From an uncultured Gemmataceae bacterium (GTDB lineage Bacteria; Planctomycetota; Planctomycetia; Gemmatales; Gemmataceae): DNA of 64,000 nt. The stretch covers positions 928,001-992,000 of the forward strand of contig CAVVPN010000011.1 of the NCBI GenBank assembly GCA_963750165.1, given 5' to 3'. The notes under the pieces were generated by a model, which was not told the DNA's origin, searched no databases, and saw nothing but the letters and a program-made list of their open reading frames with translations. Below are positions 43,355 through 54,151 of the stretch, piece by piece. The stretch's first letter is position 1. Each line of letters starts with the position of its first letter. A program made the position numbers and the translations under genes.

Positions 43355-43385
43355 GAAGGGGGCCGAGCGCTGCTCGGCCCCCTTC
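43355..43385. terminator. Perfect 14-bp-stem hairpin upstream of the MTase
   Basis: GAAGGGGGCCGAGC-GCT-GCTCGGCCCCCTTC. Confidence 0.55.
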
Positions 43386-43405
43386 AACGCCCTTTGCCTA
43401 TCCGG

Positions 43406-44049
43406 TCACGCCGCCATCTTTTGCTCCAGCCCGGCCCGAACCTTTTGCAGCAGGAGGGCCGCATCGTCTACGCGCCGGTGGCGCTGTCGGTCGTGTCCAG
43501 AGACGGCAGGTCGCGGACGATGGAGAGCAGCAGCGCCACCACTGGAGCCAGCCGCTTCAGCAGGGAATCAGGCTCCCCCTCGGGCTCGGCGGGAACGACG
43601 CTGTAGGCGGGCGGCTGCGGGGACTTGCCTGCGGGGGCCGGTTCGGTCGGGGTGTCCTCGGCCTCAGCAGGGCTGGTCTTCTGCGGCGAATCGCCAGCCG
43701 GGGCCGGGCTCGTCGGCGCGTCGGCCTCGTCGGGGCTGGCCTTCTTCGGCACGATGCCGAGGTGGCGGTACGCCTCGGTCAGCCTCTTGCCCGTCACCTC
43801 TTCCTCGGGCAGCTTGCTGACGGCCTCGTAGCGGCTCAGGGTAGGCTGGCTTAGGAAGGGGAGCCATTCCTTCTGCCACGTCTCAATCTTCTTGCCCTCG
43901 GTCTTCGCCTTCTGCTTGGCGATGGTGTAGGCCCGCCCGAGCAGCCATGCGTCGTGGGCGGTGCGTTTGGCGATCCGCTGGGCGAACTGGCCGAGTTCGT
44001 CGAGGGTCCAGTCTTCGCAGGGGCTATCGGTCGGGAGGTTGGTCTTCAT
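43406..44049 (-). CDS. Hypothetical protein, DUF3102-like N-terminus; probable frameshift at about 43470
   Basis: AWLLGRAY..AK....W..EW.PFLSQPTLSRYE pattern. A shifted frame continues VDDAALLLQKVRAGLEQKMAA*. Confidence 0.5.
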
Positions 44050-44250
44050 GGTCGTTCTCTTGTAGATGGTTCTTCTTGGCCGCTTCACCTTGAAGTCGGC
44101 CCTCTACCTTCTGGCGCGGCAAGTTTGCTGTGTAATGGTTCAGATGTACAGTATGCGACGAGATTGCAGCGATCCGACCCGACGATGTGAAAAGCAGCAC
44201 AGCCCCGGTGGATGCTCATCGGGGGCGTCCTGCTCATGTAGAACAAGTGT

Positions 44251-45138
44251 TCAGATGCGCGATTTGATTCTCAGCCCGTCGATGTGCGGAGACGCTTTCT
44301 TTTGCGGCATCTTCTCTTCACGGTTGAGCGCATGGCCCATGCCCTCGACCACTCTCACGGCGATGTCCTCGTCAGACCAGTCGGCGAACTGGGCGACGAA
44401 GTTCTGAATGACGGCGAGCGCGGCACCGTGGTCAGCAGCGGGGGAATTCAGAGAGGCGAGGACCAAGGAGAGAACCTTCGCGGCCCGGTCTTCCTCGGCC
44501 TGCACCGCGTTGAGGCACTCCTCGTCGGCCCGCTTCTCTCGCTGCGCCACCGCCTCAAAGTAGGCGTGAGCGATGGCCTCGACGGTTGGGCCAGAAGGGA
44601 AGTGTTCTTGGAGGTGGACGAGAATGGCGTGTTCCATCTGCTCGTCGGTCAGGTCGTCGAGGTTGTCGCCGATGGGGTACGAGATGATCGAGCGGAAGTC
44701 GCCACGGAGGCCGAGGACCAGTTCCATCGAGCGCTTGTATTGCGGGTGTTCTTCGAGGGCGCGGAGGAAGATGCGCGTCCACCGAGCGGTAAGCGTCTCT
44801 TGCACCGGCTTGTTCAGGAGCGATGTGGCAAGGTCGTCGGCAAGCTGGTCGTCGGTGAAGTTGGGGTGCGCGGCGGCGAGATCGACGATCCGCTCAACGA
44901 CCTCGGTGATCGAGGCTTGCAGGAGTGGGAGAAGGTCGCGGTGCTTGGTCAGCAACTTGCCCAGAACACGGGAAATAATGCGCTCGGCCTGTTTTTTCTG
45001 CCGCTGGCGCAGCCGCGCCACGCCGATGAGGTTGGCGTCCACCACGATGCCGCGAGCGGCTAGAAGGCGCTCAATGGCCTTCGGCTTGAGGGCGGGAAAG
45101 CGGCTCAGGAGGTCGCGGATCAGTTCACTGCGGCTCAT
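44251..45138 (-). CDS. Hypothetical helical protein
   Basis: Long ORF with protein-like composition; N-terminal SRSELIRDLL...KPKAI..LL..RGI.V is a possible small DNA-binding domain. Confidence 0.6.
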   Translation of the reverse strand: MSRSELIRDLLSRFPALKPKAIERLLAARGIVVDANLIGVARLRQRQKKQAERIISRVLGKLLTKHRDLLPLLQASITEVVERIVDLAAAHPNFTDDQLADDLATSLLNKPVQETLTARWTRIFLRALEEHPQYKRSMELVLGLRGDFRSIISYPIGDNLDDLTDEQMEHAILVHLQEHFPSGPTVEAIAHAYFEAVAQREKRADEECLNAVQAEEDRAAKVLSLVLASLNSPAADHGAALAVIQNFVAQFADWSDEDIAVRVVEGMGHALNREEKMPQKKASPHIDGLRIKSRI

Positions 45139-45235
45139 GCGGTCGAGGATACGCGAGGGCAACGCCGGATGCAAGAAACAGCGATGGTGAATTATTCAGC
45201 GTGAATGAAATCGAGTTTCTGAGATGCTATGCAGG

Positions 45236-45943
45236 CTAGGAGTTATCTTCTCTCCGGTCGGAGTCGGCGGCACGCCTCTTGATCAGTTCGTCGTATACGT
45301 CGATCAGTCGGCGAAACGCCTCAGCTTCCGAGGAGTCGAGGATCGAGGCGAGCTTGTTCGCGTAAGGGCCAGTGAGGATAGGCACATGCGTATCCTCCAA
45401 GCCCAATGCTCGGTTCAACCACGCGAGTTGTTCGCGCCGGATCGGCTCTTCCTCTAGTCGCCTTTCCCGTTCGGTCAGCAGCCGCGTGCGAAATGTCTGC
45501 ACGAATTTGCTGTCCTTCGGGAAGACGAGCCGCCGCACGAGGTCGTTACGCCATAGATCCTCGACGCTCGGCAGACAGAAGAAATCGGCGATCTTCGTGA
45601 GGCTCTTCAAGTTCCGGTCGTCGGTGCGGCTGACTCCAGCGGTGATGAGCCGCCTCAGAAGCCGGTAGGAGACGCGCATCTCACGGGCAGCATCTACCCG
45701 GCTCAATCCGACAAGGCTGACGAGTTGGTCGAGGTTGTCGGCGAACCGCCGTTTCCACTCCTCGGGCGTGAGCCGTGCCCCAAAGTCAGGATCAACCTCC
45801 CGATCAGTGGTCGGCTTCCGTGTGGGGGCTGGTTCCGGTCTGTCGTTCTCTGAAACCACCCGTCTTTTGAGCTTTTTCTTTGCCGGATCAACGGGTTCGC
45901 TCGGCTGCTCACTGGACTCCCGTGCGTTCCTTTGCAAGTTCAT
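45236..45943 (-). CDS. XRE-like HTH protein
   Basis: FADNLDQLV...GLSRVDAAREMRVSYRLLRR....L.KIADFF....EDLW; AAGGAG RBS. Confidence 0.65.
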   Translation of the reverse strand: MNLQRNARESSEQPSEPVDPAKKKLKRRVVSENDRPEPAPTRKPTTDREVDPDFGARLTPEEWKRRFADNLDQLVSLVGLSRVDAAREMRVSYRLLRRLITAGVSRTDDRNLKSLTKIADFFCLPSVEDLWRNDLVRRLVFPKDSKFVQTFRTRLLTERERRLEEEPIRREQLAWLNRALGLEDTHVPILTGPYANKLASILDSSEAEAFRRLIDVYDELIKRRAADSDRREDNS

Positions 45944-46134
45944 GGCTGTTCTCCTTTCGACCATAAAGCGTAGCGTAGGAGACTGGCGCAATCAATGTCA
46001 ATGATGACTATGGACATCGGTTGTCACACCTGCTACTCTAGTCGTGGAGCGGTCGCGGCTGCGCATCACTTTTTGGCGGAAACATACCCGCCTGCTTGCG
46101 GGAAGCGAGCCCCGCAAGTTCAAGGAGAAATCTT

Positions 46135-46746
46135 ATGAACTGGCCCTCCAATCCGATCTCTCAGATGCTTCAGCAGGACTCGCGCGTGTTGCGGGCGGCG
46201 CGGGTCTGTGCTGTGCGCCGCCCACGCGCCGACCTCGTGGTGACAATCTGCGTGGAGGAAAGCACTTGTGTCTGCCGCCGCCTTCACGCGCCAGAGTGGG
46301 AATGCCCTCGTGACATTGAGGAGTGGTGCGAACCGCTTGGCTGGACACTCGGGTCGTCATGGCTAACGCGGGAGTTTTGGGCCGCGACTCGCACGCCCAA
46401 CGTCGTGACGCTGCTCGATTTCGGCTTCGACGCCTACTTTCCATGCCTCGACGCGGGCGATGAGTGTCCTGACCTTCTCGCTGAAGCCGTGGCTGGGGGC
46501 TACTGGAAGTGGACGTTCCAGCCGCGCTGGCCTGTCCATGACCGTGCCATCACGGACATGCCAGATGACACGCTGGATGGCGACGGGGGCCGCGAGAGGC
46601 CCTTTCCCGGCTGGCGACCGACGTACTGGACAGATGTGGCAAAGCGGTTCGAGACGCTCGCCCCGGTTGAACCTTGGAACTACATCGCCACCCTCTACTC
46701 CTACTGCGCCCTGCAAGTCGAACAGGGCAGTCCGTTAGCCCATTGA
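46135..46746 (+). CDS. Hypothetical Trp-rich protein
   Basis: AAGGAG RBS before ATG 46135; divergent from the HTH gene. Confidence 0.6.
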   Translation: MNWPSNPISQMLQQDSRVLRAARVCAVRRPRADLVVTICVEESTCVCRRLHAPEWECPRDIEEWCEPLGWTLGSSWLTREFWAATRTPNVVTLLDFGFDAYFPCLDAGDECPDLLAEAVAGGYWKWTFQPRWPVHDRAITDMPDDTLDGDGGRERPFPGWRPTYWTDVAKRFETLAPVEPWNYIATLYSYCALQVEQGSPLAH

Positions 46747-47201
46747 GAGCTTGAAAGGGCTCGTACACGGTTCGAGATGCGATGTCCTGCATCATGTCGC
46801 CCCGACCGTGTTGGGGGACTGTGGAAGAGGCGCTTCATTGGCACATGGAAGAGGAAGGCCCTGACCTTCGCCTTTAGCTATCAACTTCTGCCCGTTGGTG
46901 TCGAGGTACGGTCGGTGACGTTCATAAGGTCGCGGCACTGGCAAACGAAGGCTGATAACGAAATGGAGAGGGGCGGGTGGATCGACACCACAACAGCCTC
47001 TCGCCATCCTCATCGGCTTTATGAGCAGGCCATCCGTTAGAAAAGCCCGTCGCCTCAGAATCCATAGCCGATTTTGGGGTTCCACAGTGCTGCGCTGGAT
47101 GGGCGCTGGGGTTATTCGGAGGGGCTGGTCGGGTTCGTGTTTGATGCAAGCGACATGCACCGGGCCGAGCGCCATGCACTTGCTGTCGGTCAGCCTTTGA
47201 G

Positions 47202-47366
47202 TCAGGCATTTTGAGCCACAAAAGCGAGGAGTTCGTCATCGTAAAAATGAGCGGTCTCCGTCGCCTTGTTGAACATGCCGGTCGGGACGTACCGGGGCTG
47301 TAGCACCTGTTCAAACTGGCGCTCTGTCGTAATCTCGTGGTCCTCTTGGAAGCCGATGACCGTCAT
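47202..47366 (-). CDS. Small hypothetical protein (54 aa)
   Basis: MTVIGFQEDHEITTERQFEQ...; ATGA-coupled to the reconstructed pre-insertion stop of the AEP-like gene. Confidence 0.45.
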   Translation of the reverse strand: MTVIGFQEDHEITTERQFEQVLQPRYVPTGMFNKATETAHFYDDELLAFVAQNA

Positions 47367-47412
47367 GGAGGTGCTCGGCATCGCCCTTTCTGGGGGCCGA
47401 AGGCCGCTAATA

Positions 47413-48965
47413 CTACAGCGCTACGGTGGGCGATCACGTTGTCTTTGAGTTCTGGGTTGTTTTCTTCGTCGCCGGCGTCTGGATCGTGCCGCCGGCCTGG
47501 CGGACTCGGCTGGCAGGCCACAACCCCGCCGCTGCCGGGATTCGCGTGCCGCCTGATTACGCCGCTGGTGGTAACCGATGACTGTGGACGTGTACTGCAA
47601 CTGGGTCGTCTGTCGCAGCGTCGCCAGCCACGCCGCGCACACGCAGTTCAACGCCCGGCACACCTGCTCCGGCGTCACCTCCGGGTTTTTCCCCCCGCAG
47701 CCGTTCCGCCTGGCCGGCCACGAAACGCCAGCATCACCAAGCACAGCATCAGGTGCCGCATCATCCCCGTGTAGTTGCGCCCCTCGATAGTGCCCGAAGC
47801 CGATCTCGCTTTTGGCTCACGCGGAATCCGTGTTCCACGTTCCAACGCATGAAGGCGATCCGCAACAGCGCTCCAACGGCGTGGCCGCCGCCGCCCCGTC
47901 GGAGACGAAGTACTTGTCCTCGCGCCGTCGCGCGTCGTTCCGCGCCACGATCAGCCAGTAGGTGCGGGCCGTCGGCTCTCCCCGTCCCGCGATCAGGCAC
48001 ACCTGCGCCGTCCTTGACCTCCCACACGTGCTCCCCCAGCGTTTGCCGGTTCAACGGTCACTCGTCCGCCACGGCCTGGTCCCGGAAGGCCGGGCTGTGC
48101 CGCACCAGGTCATCGGCCCGCTTGCCCGTCCAGCCCTTGCGGGGCTTTTGCCCTTGGGCGGCGTCGTGAAGCAGCGGAACGACTTGGGCACTTCGCCGAC
48201 GTAACGCAGTTCGGCCAAGTCGTCCAGGTTCGGCCAGGAACCCCGTGCTTGGCAGCCGTAGCCCTCGTCGAAGGTCAGCCAGTCCAGGGCGAGGCCGTTG
48301 GCCCATCGCCCGGCAGCATCTGCTGCAGACCCAGCCGCCACTTGGGGCTGGTAGGCCACGTCGTCGGGGATGCCGGCCGCCCGGCAACGCGGTCGCGGTC
48401 CTCGGACCCAGGACTGGGGCAGGAACAGGTCGGCGTCGAGCAGGGTCTTGTAGCGGCCCCGGGCGACGCCGAGGTGGACGGTGACGATGCAGTTCTCGAC
48501 TGCTTGCCGACCGCTCGCCGCACCACTGCCGCTGCACGCCGGGGGTCTTCGGTGCCCTTCTTGACGCACGGAGGTCTCGTCGAGCAGGCCGACGGTGCCC
48601 AGGTCGTCGGCCGGCACGGACGCCAGACCCTGGGCCACGTGGTCGGTGCAGGCGGTCGCGCAGGGCGCGTCGGTCCCAGACGTGATCCTTGAGGAACTCC
48701 TGGAGGGTGCGGACGGCGGTGCCCGCGTCCAGGGCAATGGGTTCGGCGCTCTTGCGGGGCAGATCGGAGAGCAGGCCGCGGCAGTAGACGTTGAGCAGGT
48801 CGAAGGTCTGGGTGTACTCACAGCAGAAGAGGAACTGCCGCAGGTAAGCGGTGAAAGCCGGACCCAGCGCTTCGATCTGCTCAGGCTGTCATGACAACCT
48901 CCCGGTCTTGCCGGAGGTGGTGTACAGAATACAAGATCAGTGGCCAGTCAACCGTAGCGCTGTAG
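47413..48965 (-). mobile_element. IS701-family element, transposase multiply frameshifted
   Basis: Perfect IRs CTACAGCGCTACGGT / ACCGTAGCGCTGTAG flanked by TA. Fragments YCRGLLSDLPRKSAEPIAL, LLDETS, QRQWCG, VENCIVTVHL, LFLPQSW, WLTFDEGYG and RWNVEHGF. Confidence 0.88.
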
Positions 48966-50609
48966 TACTGATCGCGCCTTCTTGTCCAGATAATAGTTAA
49001 GTGGGGGTTGGGGGTGCATCCCCTGAAGGAACTCTTCAAGAGGAACAGGTTCGTTGATAGATGGTTGCCGCTTCGTTTTGTACCAGACGTGTAAATCATG
49101 GAACCTGTCAGTCGGTCGCCACTTCATCGCCTGACCGTTGCCGTTGCCGAAATGCCACTTGCGGTCGAAGACATCAATGACACCGATCTCATCCAGCCAG
49201 TTGCGGGCGATGGCCCACTTTCGGTCGTCCCAGTCCACGTCAATCAGGTGCGCTCGACGGCTCGACTCCCAAAGGGCACGCGCCCCTGTCTGGGGCAACG
49301 ACTGGTCAGGATTCGGGTGGTCAAAGCAGAACTCCACGATGGACAGCATCACGGACACGAACCGCCAGTCCACCGTTGTTCGACTTCGCTGTTCGTGGAT
49401 CACGCCGTACTCGTCCACATACCGACGCACCTTCTCGCGGAGGGTGCCGACGTGAGTACGAGCCCAACTGTCGAACTTTCCGAAATGGATCTTGTACTTC
49501 GCGCTTCCGCACTTGGCGGGGTCAAACGTCTTGGCGATGTGCTTCAGAATCCACCGGACTCGGCCCCGGCGTCTGGCCTCGTTGTCGGCCCAGTCGCCCG
49601 AATAGAGCCGGTTCTCCTTGATGAAAGCCAGAGCCTCCCTCTCGGTGGGGACGTGGCGCAGCCTCCGGGCCATTTCGAGAAGTGCCCGTAATTGACGTGT
49701 CAGTGCATTCGGCTCCTCGTTGTAGTCGCCGAGCGCCATCGGCACCTTCACGGCCTCCCGCTTGGTGATTGGTTCCTCGGTCTTCAAGACAGGCACCTCA
49801 CTGACTTTTGCCACGGGCCGGTCGGGGAGGTTTGCGCACGCAGTCTTGAGGACGCGATGAAGGGTGTCCTCGTCGTAACATGACCGAGCCCGGATGGCGT
49901 CGAGGAAGGCGACCGTCGAATACGTCTCAAACAAGACCATCTTGTCGTCCAGTTTCTTCTTGCGAGGGCACTTCCCCAAGACGCCAGACGATACGATGGT
50001 TTTCTTGTCTGTCCGCATGGGCAGGCCGACTTGCACGCAGTTGTAGGGGAAGACCTCAGGGTCGCCAAAGCCATGTTCAACAAGGAAGTCGTGAATGCGC
50101 CGCCCGAGATCGAGGGCCGTTTCAATGGGGATGGGCTTGCCGGTGAATCCGAAGAGTTTTGCCGAGCCATTCTTGTCGTTGACTTCCGCTACAGGCCAGT
50201 AGAGTTCGGGGAAGTGCCGTTTCAGGAGACGCCCCGCGTTAAGGACGCGAAGAGTGTGATCACGGGCAAGTACGCTGCCGTCGTGGCGGTCGAAATCGGC
50301 GGACACGAAGAGAACGTCCTTGGCGTTGAGTGCCACGATGCCGCGATGGTTGCCTTTCAGGTGGTCCCAGACCGGATTCCACCATTTGCGCTGGTCCTGT
50401 TCAGTTGGAATAGTCCAGAAGCGCCAGCCATCTTTGCCTTCCTTTTGCCATGTGCCATCTGGCATGAGAAGTTTATCGGCAACTCTCCACCCAAGGAACT
50501 TCGCGCCTGCACCGCCATAGATTAGCCTGTGGAGGATCTCTGTCGCTCGAATCTCGGGATTCTGAGTTTTTCGGTTGCGCTTTCGAGTTGTGAAGTGTAT
50601 AATACTCAT
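48948..50609 (-). CDS. Putative replication protein with divergent AEP primase-like N-domain; C-terminus clipped by IS701
   Basis: DHLKG..GIV.....FVSADFDRH, GSAKLFGF..KPIP and PEVFP..QVGLPM resemble AEP motifs I-III. The stop codon lies inside the IS end. Confidence 0.55.
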   Translation of the reverse strand: MSIIHFTTRKRNRKTQNPEIRATEILHRLIYGGAGAKFLGWRVADKLLMPDGTWQKEGKDGWRFWTIPTEQDQRKWWNPVWDHLKGNHRGIVALNAKDVLFVSADFDRHDGSVLARDHTLRVLNAGRLLKRHFPELYWPVAEVNDKNGSAKLFGFTGKPIPIETALDLGRRIHDFLVEHGFGDPEVFPYNCVQVGLPMRTDKKTIVSSGVLGKCPRKKKLDDKMVLFETYSTVAFLDAIRARSCYDEDTLHRVLKTACANLPDRPVAKVSEVPVLKTEEPITKREAVKVPMALGDYNEEPNALTRQLRALLEMARRLRHVPTEREALAFIKENRLYSGDWADNEARRRGRVRWILKHIAKTFDPAKCGSAKYKIHFGKFDSWARTHVGTLREKVRRYVDEYGVIHEQRSRTTVDWRFVSVMLSIVEFCFDHPNPDQSLPQTGARALWESSRRAHLIDVDWDDRKWAIARNWLDEIGVIDVFDRKWHFGNGNGQAMKWRPTDRFHDLHVWYKTKRQPSINEPVPLEEFLQGMHPQPPLNYYLDKKARSVLQRYG

Positions 50610-51311
50610 AGTAGTCAGCACTACTATAATAGTGTAAGCCGCCAATTTTCTCAACAGAAAATTGACGGCTGCACTTGTTTACACAGGACTGCGATGCGCT
50701 CGGGCTCCGCATTCTCGTGTTGGAAACCAACAGGTTTCATCTTCAACTAATAGAAGTTCCAGTCGCAGAAGAGCACATCATCTGCGATGTAGGAGAAGAG
50801 TCGATCTAAAATGGCGAAGGAGAATGTTTACACCTGAAAGTGATCTTTTTGGAAAAGTGGCAGGATCTCACTTTGGGCGACAATACACCGGATTATCCAT
50901 GCGAAGTGATGAGGCTTTTTTGCTTGACTCATTTCTTTTTTCTCGATAAGATCGTGATATATTGAATGCTGTAGGTTTCGGTCCTGCCTATGAAGCTTTC
51001 TTATGAACTGGACGCCAACAACCCTTGCGGCTGATTAGGCGAGTGCTGGGCGATCATGCCCCAATCACATCTCCAGACCCCTCTATGTAAGCTCGTATCC
51101 GTTCGTGGCGCACATGAAGCTCCAAGTATTTGCTCTGAGCTTCCGCATGTCACGATTGCTCGCCGGTTGTCCTGCCTCGCCGCAACTGTTGCGGATGGAA
51201 TGGACTATTAGCGATAGCCACTACGCCGCGGTTAAGGTCGCCCCCGCTTTCAGCGGCTATGACCGGATGCGGGGCTAAAAGTCAGCCCACGATGGGCTCA
51301 ACATTTTTTTC

Positions 51312-52670
51312 CTGACCGTCACGGATTGTGGGGCGAATGATTTCCGCGGCGGTATCCACCCAGGGAAGCGGATACCAAGAGGTTTTGGAGCCAGTCGTCG
51401 TGATACCGGTGCTGGTTGATCCGCTCCGCCGGGCTGCGCCAGCCGCCGTGGGCCCGCGCCGTCGCGGGGTGCCACGGCCGGAAGTTGTGCAACAGCGCCC
51501 ACCCCCGACAGTGCAGGGCACAGGCCGCGGCGCTGCCGTGCAGGTGCTGCGCGTCCTCGAAGTAGCGGCTCATGGACCGCATCAGCCGGTCCAGCATGGT
51601 GCTGGTCCGGTGGCCGCCCGGGTGCCGGTACGCCACGCCATACTCCCGCGCCCGGCCGCACAACTTCTCGACCTGTTCCAGCAACCAGGCGGTCAGGGGT
51701 TGGACCCGCGCCCACTGCCCCAACCGCCGCAGCCGTTGCGCGAAACTCCGGCGGTCCGGGGCGCGGAACGCCTCCCACACCTTCCGGGACAGTTCCGCGA
51801 ACGCCGCGCTGAGTTTGCCCCGGCTGCGGAGGTTGAGCCAGCCGTGCAAGAAGCAGCGCAACAACACCACCAGCGGGAACAAAGTCCGCCACGCCTGGTG
51901 GGTGGCCGCCCAGCCATCCACACTCACCGTCTGGGGTCGGTAGTCGGGCTGCACGTCGTGCGCCTCCTCCTGGAAGGTCGTGTAGGCGGCTTGCAAGTCC
52001 TCGGCGCCGGCCGTCTGGGCCAGGGCCGCCCCCAGGCAACAGCCCTCCCCGACCGTGGTGGCGATGTAGTTCTTCAGGCCGGCGCGGCTCTGGTGGTGCT
52101 CGTCGGCGAGCAGGTGCTCGGGCAGGGGGGCGCGGCGGAGGGTGGTGCCGACGATGCTGTGGCGCCCCAGGCCGACCGCCAGGCGATACCAGTACATGGC
52201 GTCCCTGCCGAAGACGCGGGCCAGGGCCCAGAAGGGCACGCCGAAGGCCCGCAGGAACAAGGGCGCCTGCACCTGGTCGGCCGAACCGGTCTGGTACGGC
52301 AGGGCGAAACTGGGGCGGACGGAGAAGGCCTGGCCGGTGGCCCGCAGGCGGAGGCGGCGCAGCGCAGGCCGGTCTTGGCGGAGCGGCGGCTGTCCTTGAG
52401 GCGGTAGCCCAGAGCGAAGTCTTGGGGGAACAACTCCGGCCAGGAGCGGAAGGCTTGATCGAGCCAGCCGCGAAACCGCCTTGGGTCCTCGACGAGGTCT
52501 TGGTAGGCGTCTGTGCCGATGGGCAAACAAATGGTAGAACAAGAGCGGGCCAAGGGTCACCTCCGCGTCGTGCGGGTTTACAGCAAAGGTGATTCTTGGC
52601 CCGTTTCATGCGCTTGTCCCCTGGACGCTTGTTTACAACTCCAGGCCGCCCCTCAATCCGTGACGGTCAG
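51312..52670 (-). mobile_element. Insertion sequence, IS256/Mutator-like or unclassified
   Basis: 24-bp IRs CTGACCGTCACGGATTG(T/A)GGGGCG (23/24 match); T7C / T8C flanks, consistent with an 8-9 bp target duplication. Confidence 0.85.
51319..52553 (-). CDS. DDE-type transposase (frameshift at about 52365)
   Basis: The N-terminus MARSCSTICLP joins a frame containing LLADEHH, VSVDGW, RCFLH and HRTSTMLDRLM. Confidence 0.8.
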
Positions 52671-52693
52671 TTTTTTTTCAAGGAGGAAGTGTC

Positions 52694-53593
52694 ATGAAGA
52701 CAGAGAAAACCACACGCAGCTTTATCGAGGTCTACATCGCCGACATCGTGTCGGGGGTCGAGAACCTGCGGGACGCAGTACCTCGTCTCAGCAACCAAGG
52801 CTTCGGCATCTTCGAGGCCACAGATAAGCAACCGGACTCGCTGGCGTCCTTGGCGCTTTCCGAGGACAGCCTGCAACAGAAACGGTACGTGAAACTGATC
52901 GAGGAGCACGAACCTGACATCGAGTCATTGGCCGCGAACATGGCGACGATGGGCCTCCTCGAACCGATCTGCGTCCGCGCTGCCGAAGAGAAGGGCAAGT
53001 ACGATCTGATCTTCGGGTGCCGCCGCTGTCTGGCGTGGCTCTATAACTTCGCCAAAAGTGCGGGCAAGATCCCGGCGCGGCTCACCGCCGAGGTCGTGGA
53101 GGCCGATGGAAAGCTCTCTCTCTTGTCGTCGCTGTCCGAGAACATGCGCGTGGACCCGTCGCCCATTGATGAAGCCAAGAGCTTCAAGAAGCTCGAAAAG
53201 GCGTTCGGGATGAAGGCGTCAGAGATCGCCGCTGTGACGGGAAAAGACCCGAAGGTCGTGCGAGAACGCCTGAAACTGCTCAAGCTGCCGCTGGATGTGC
53301 AAGAGAAAGTGCATCTCGGAAAACTGGCACAGCACAAGGCGCTTGCTCAATATGAGGGCGACAAGGGCAACGCTACGGCCTCGTCGGCAGATCCTCGGCG
53401 AATCCCTCAAATCAAGGTGATCGAGAAGCTGTACGAAGCCCAACACGACCAGCTTCCTCCTGACTACGAGCCACTCATCACGGAGGATGTGCGGCGGCTG
53501 TTCGCCCACTGGTTGAAGGTCAGCTACAAGCCGCAGGCTGAAGCGCAGAAGCCGCCCGCACCAGACGAAAATGCCCAGACGCAACCTGCATGA
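52694..53593 (+). CDS. ParB/Spo0J-family protein
   Basis: LAANM..MGLLEPICVR..YDLIFGCRR, SENMR.D.SPIDEA and HTH EIAAVTGKD..VVRERLKLLKLP; AAGGAGG RBS. Confidence 0.88.
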   Translation: MKTEKTTRSFIEVYIADIVSGVENLRDAVPRLSNQGFGIFEATDKQPDSLASLALSEDSLQQKRYVKLIEEHEPDIESLAANMATMGLLEPICVRAAEEKGKYDLIFGCRRCLAWLYNFAKSAGKIPARLTAEVVEADGKLSLLSSLSENMRVDPSPIDEAKSFKKLEKAFGMKASEIAAVTGKDPKVVRERLKLLKLPLDVQEKVHLGKLAQHKALAQYEGDKGNATASSADPRRIPQIKVIEKLYEAQHDQLPPDYEPLITEDVRRLFAHWLKVSYKPQAEAQKPPAPDENAQTQPA

Positions 53594-53604
53594 CATCGAC
53601 AATA

Positions 53605-53652
53605 GCTCGCTACACCGGCCACTGTCTCCTGATAGTGGCCGGTGTAGCGAGC
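53605..53652. repeat. Long hairpin (19-bp perfect stem) after the ParB gene
   Basis: GCTCGCTACACCGGCCACT-GTCTCCTGAT-AGTGGCCGGTGTAGCGAGC; no U-tract. Confidence 0.75.
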
Positions 53653-53707
53653 AACCACAGCGAACGGCATCGAGAATGGTGAAACCGCCTTTTGAGGAGG
53701 TAGATCA

Positions 53708-54151
53708 ATGAACCGCTATGTGTCAAAAAAGTCTGCGCGGCGTCTCGGTGCGGAACTGCCTGCTTCACCCGCCCGTTTGGTCAAGACGGCTGACAACCGT
53801 GAACGCGGGTTTTACCTGTTGGACAGTCTTTGCCCAACAAGGTCAGTGAACGTCGAAGTTCTCACTGACGAGCAAATTGACGAACTGGCCGAGCGCGAGC
53901 AGCAAGAAAGGCTGCGGCGCGCCGTAGCTGAAGCAAAGCGGCGCGAAGAGCACGAACGCTGGTGTGCAGAGGCTCTAGTCCGCGAGGCCGAGCACAAGCG
54001 TCAGGTCACTTTACGGCGTAAGCAGACAATCGCGGAGCGGCGGACCCAGACAGATCCCGGTTGCCCCTATAGGTCGCTGAACGCCGCCTACGCGGACGGC
54101 TGGATCAAAAGGACGGACGGCAGCATTATGGAGGGCAGGAAATGCTGTTGA
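53708..54151 (+). CDS. Hypothetical coiled-coil protein
   Basis: GAGGAGG RBS; charged helical segment. Confidence 0.65.
   Translation: MNRYVSKKSARRLGAELPASPARLVKTADNRERGFYLLDSLCPTRSVNVEVLTDEQIDELAEREQQERLRRAVAEAKRREEHERWCAEALVREAEHKRQVTLRRKQTIAERRTQTDPGCPYRSLNAAYADGWIKRTDGSIMEGRKCC

Noticed and set aside
46777..47175. Short ORFs on both strands
   Set aside because: No recognisable motif or convincing RBS; cannot be supported.
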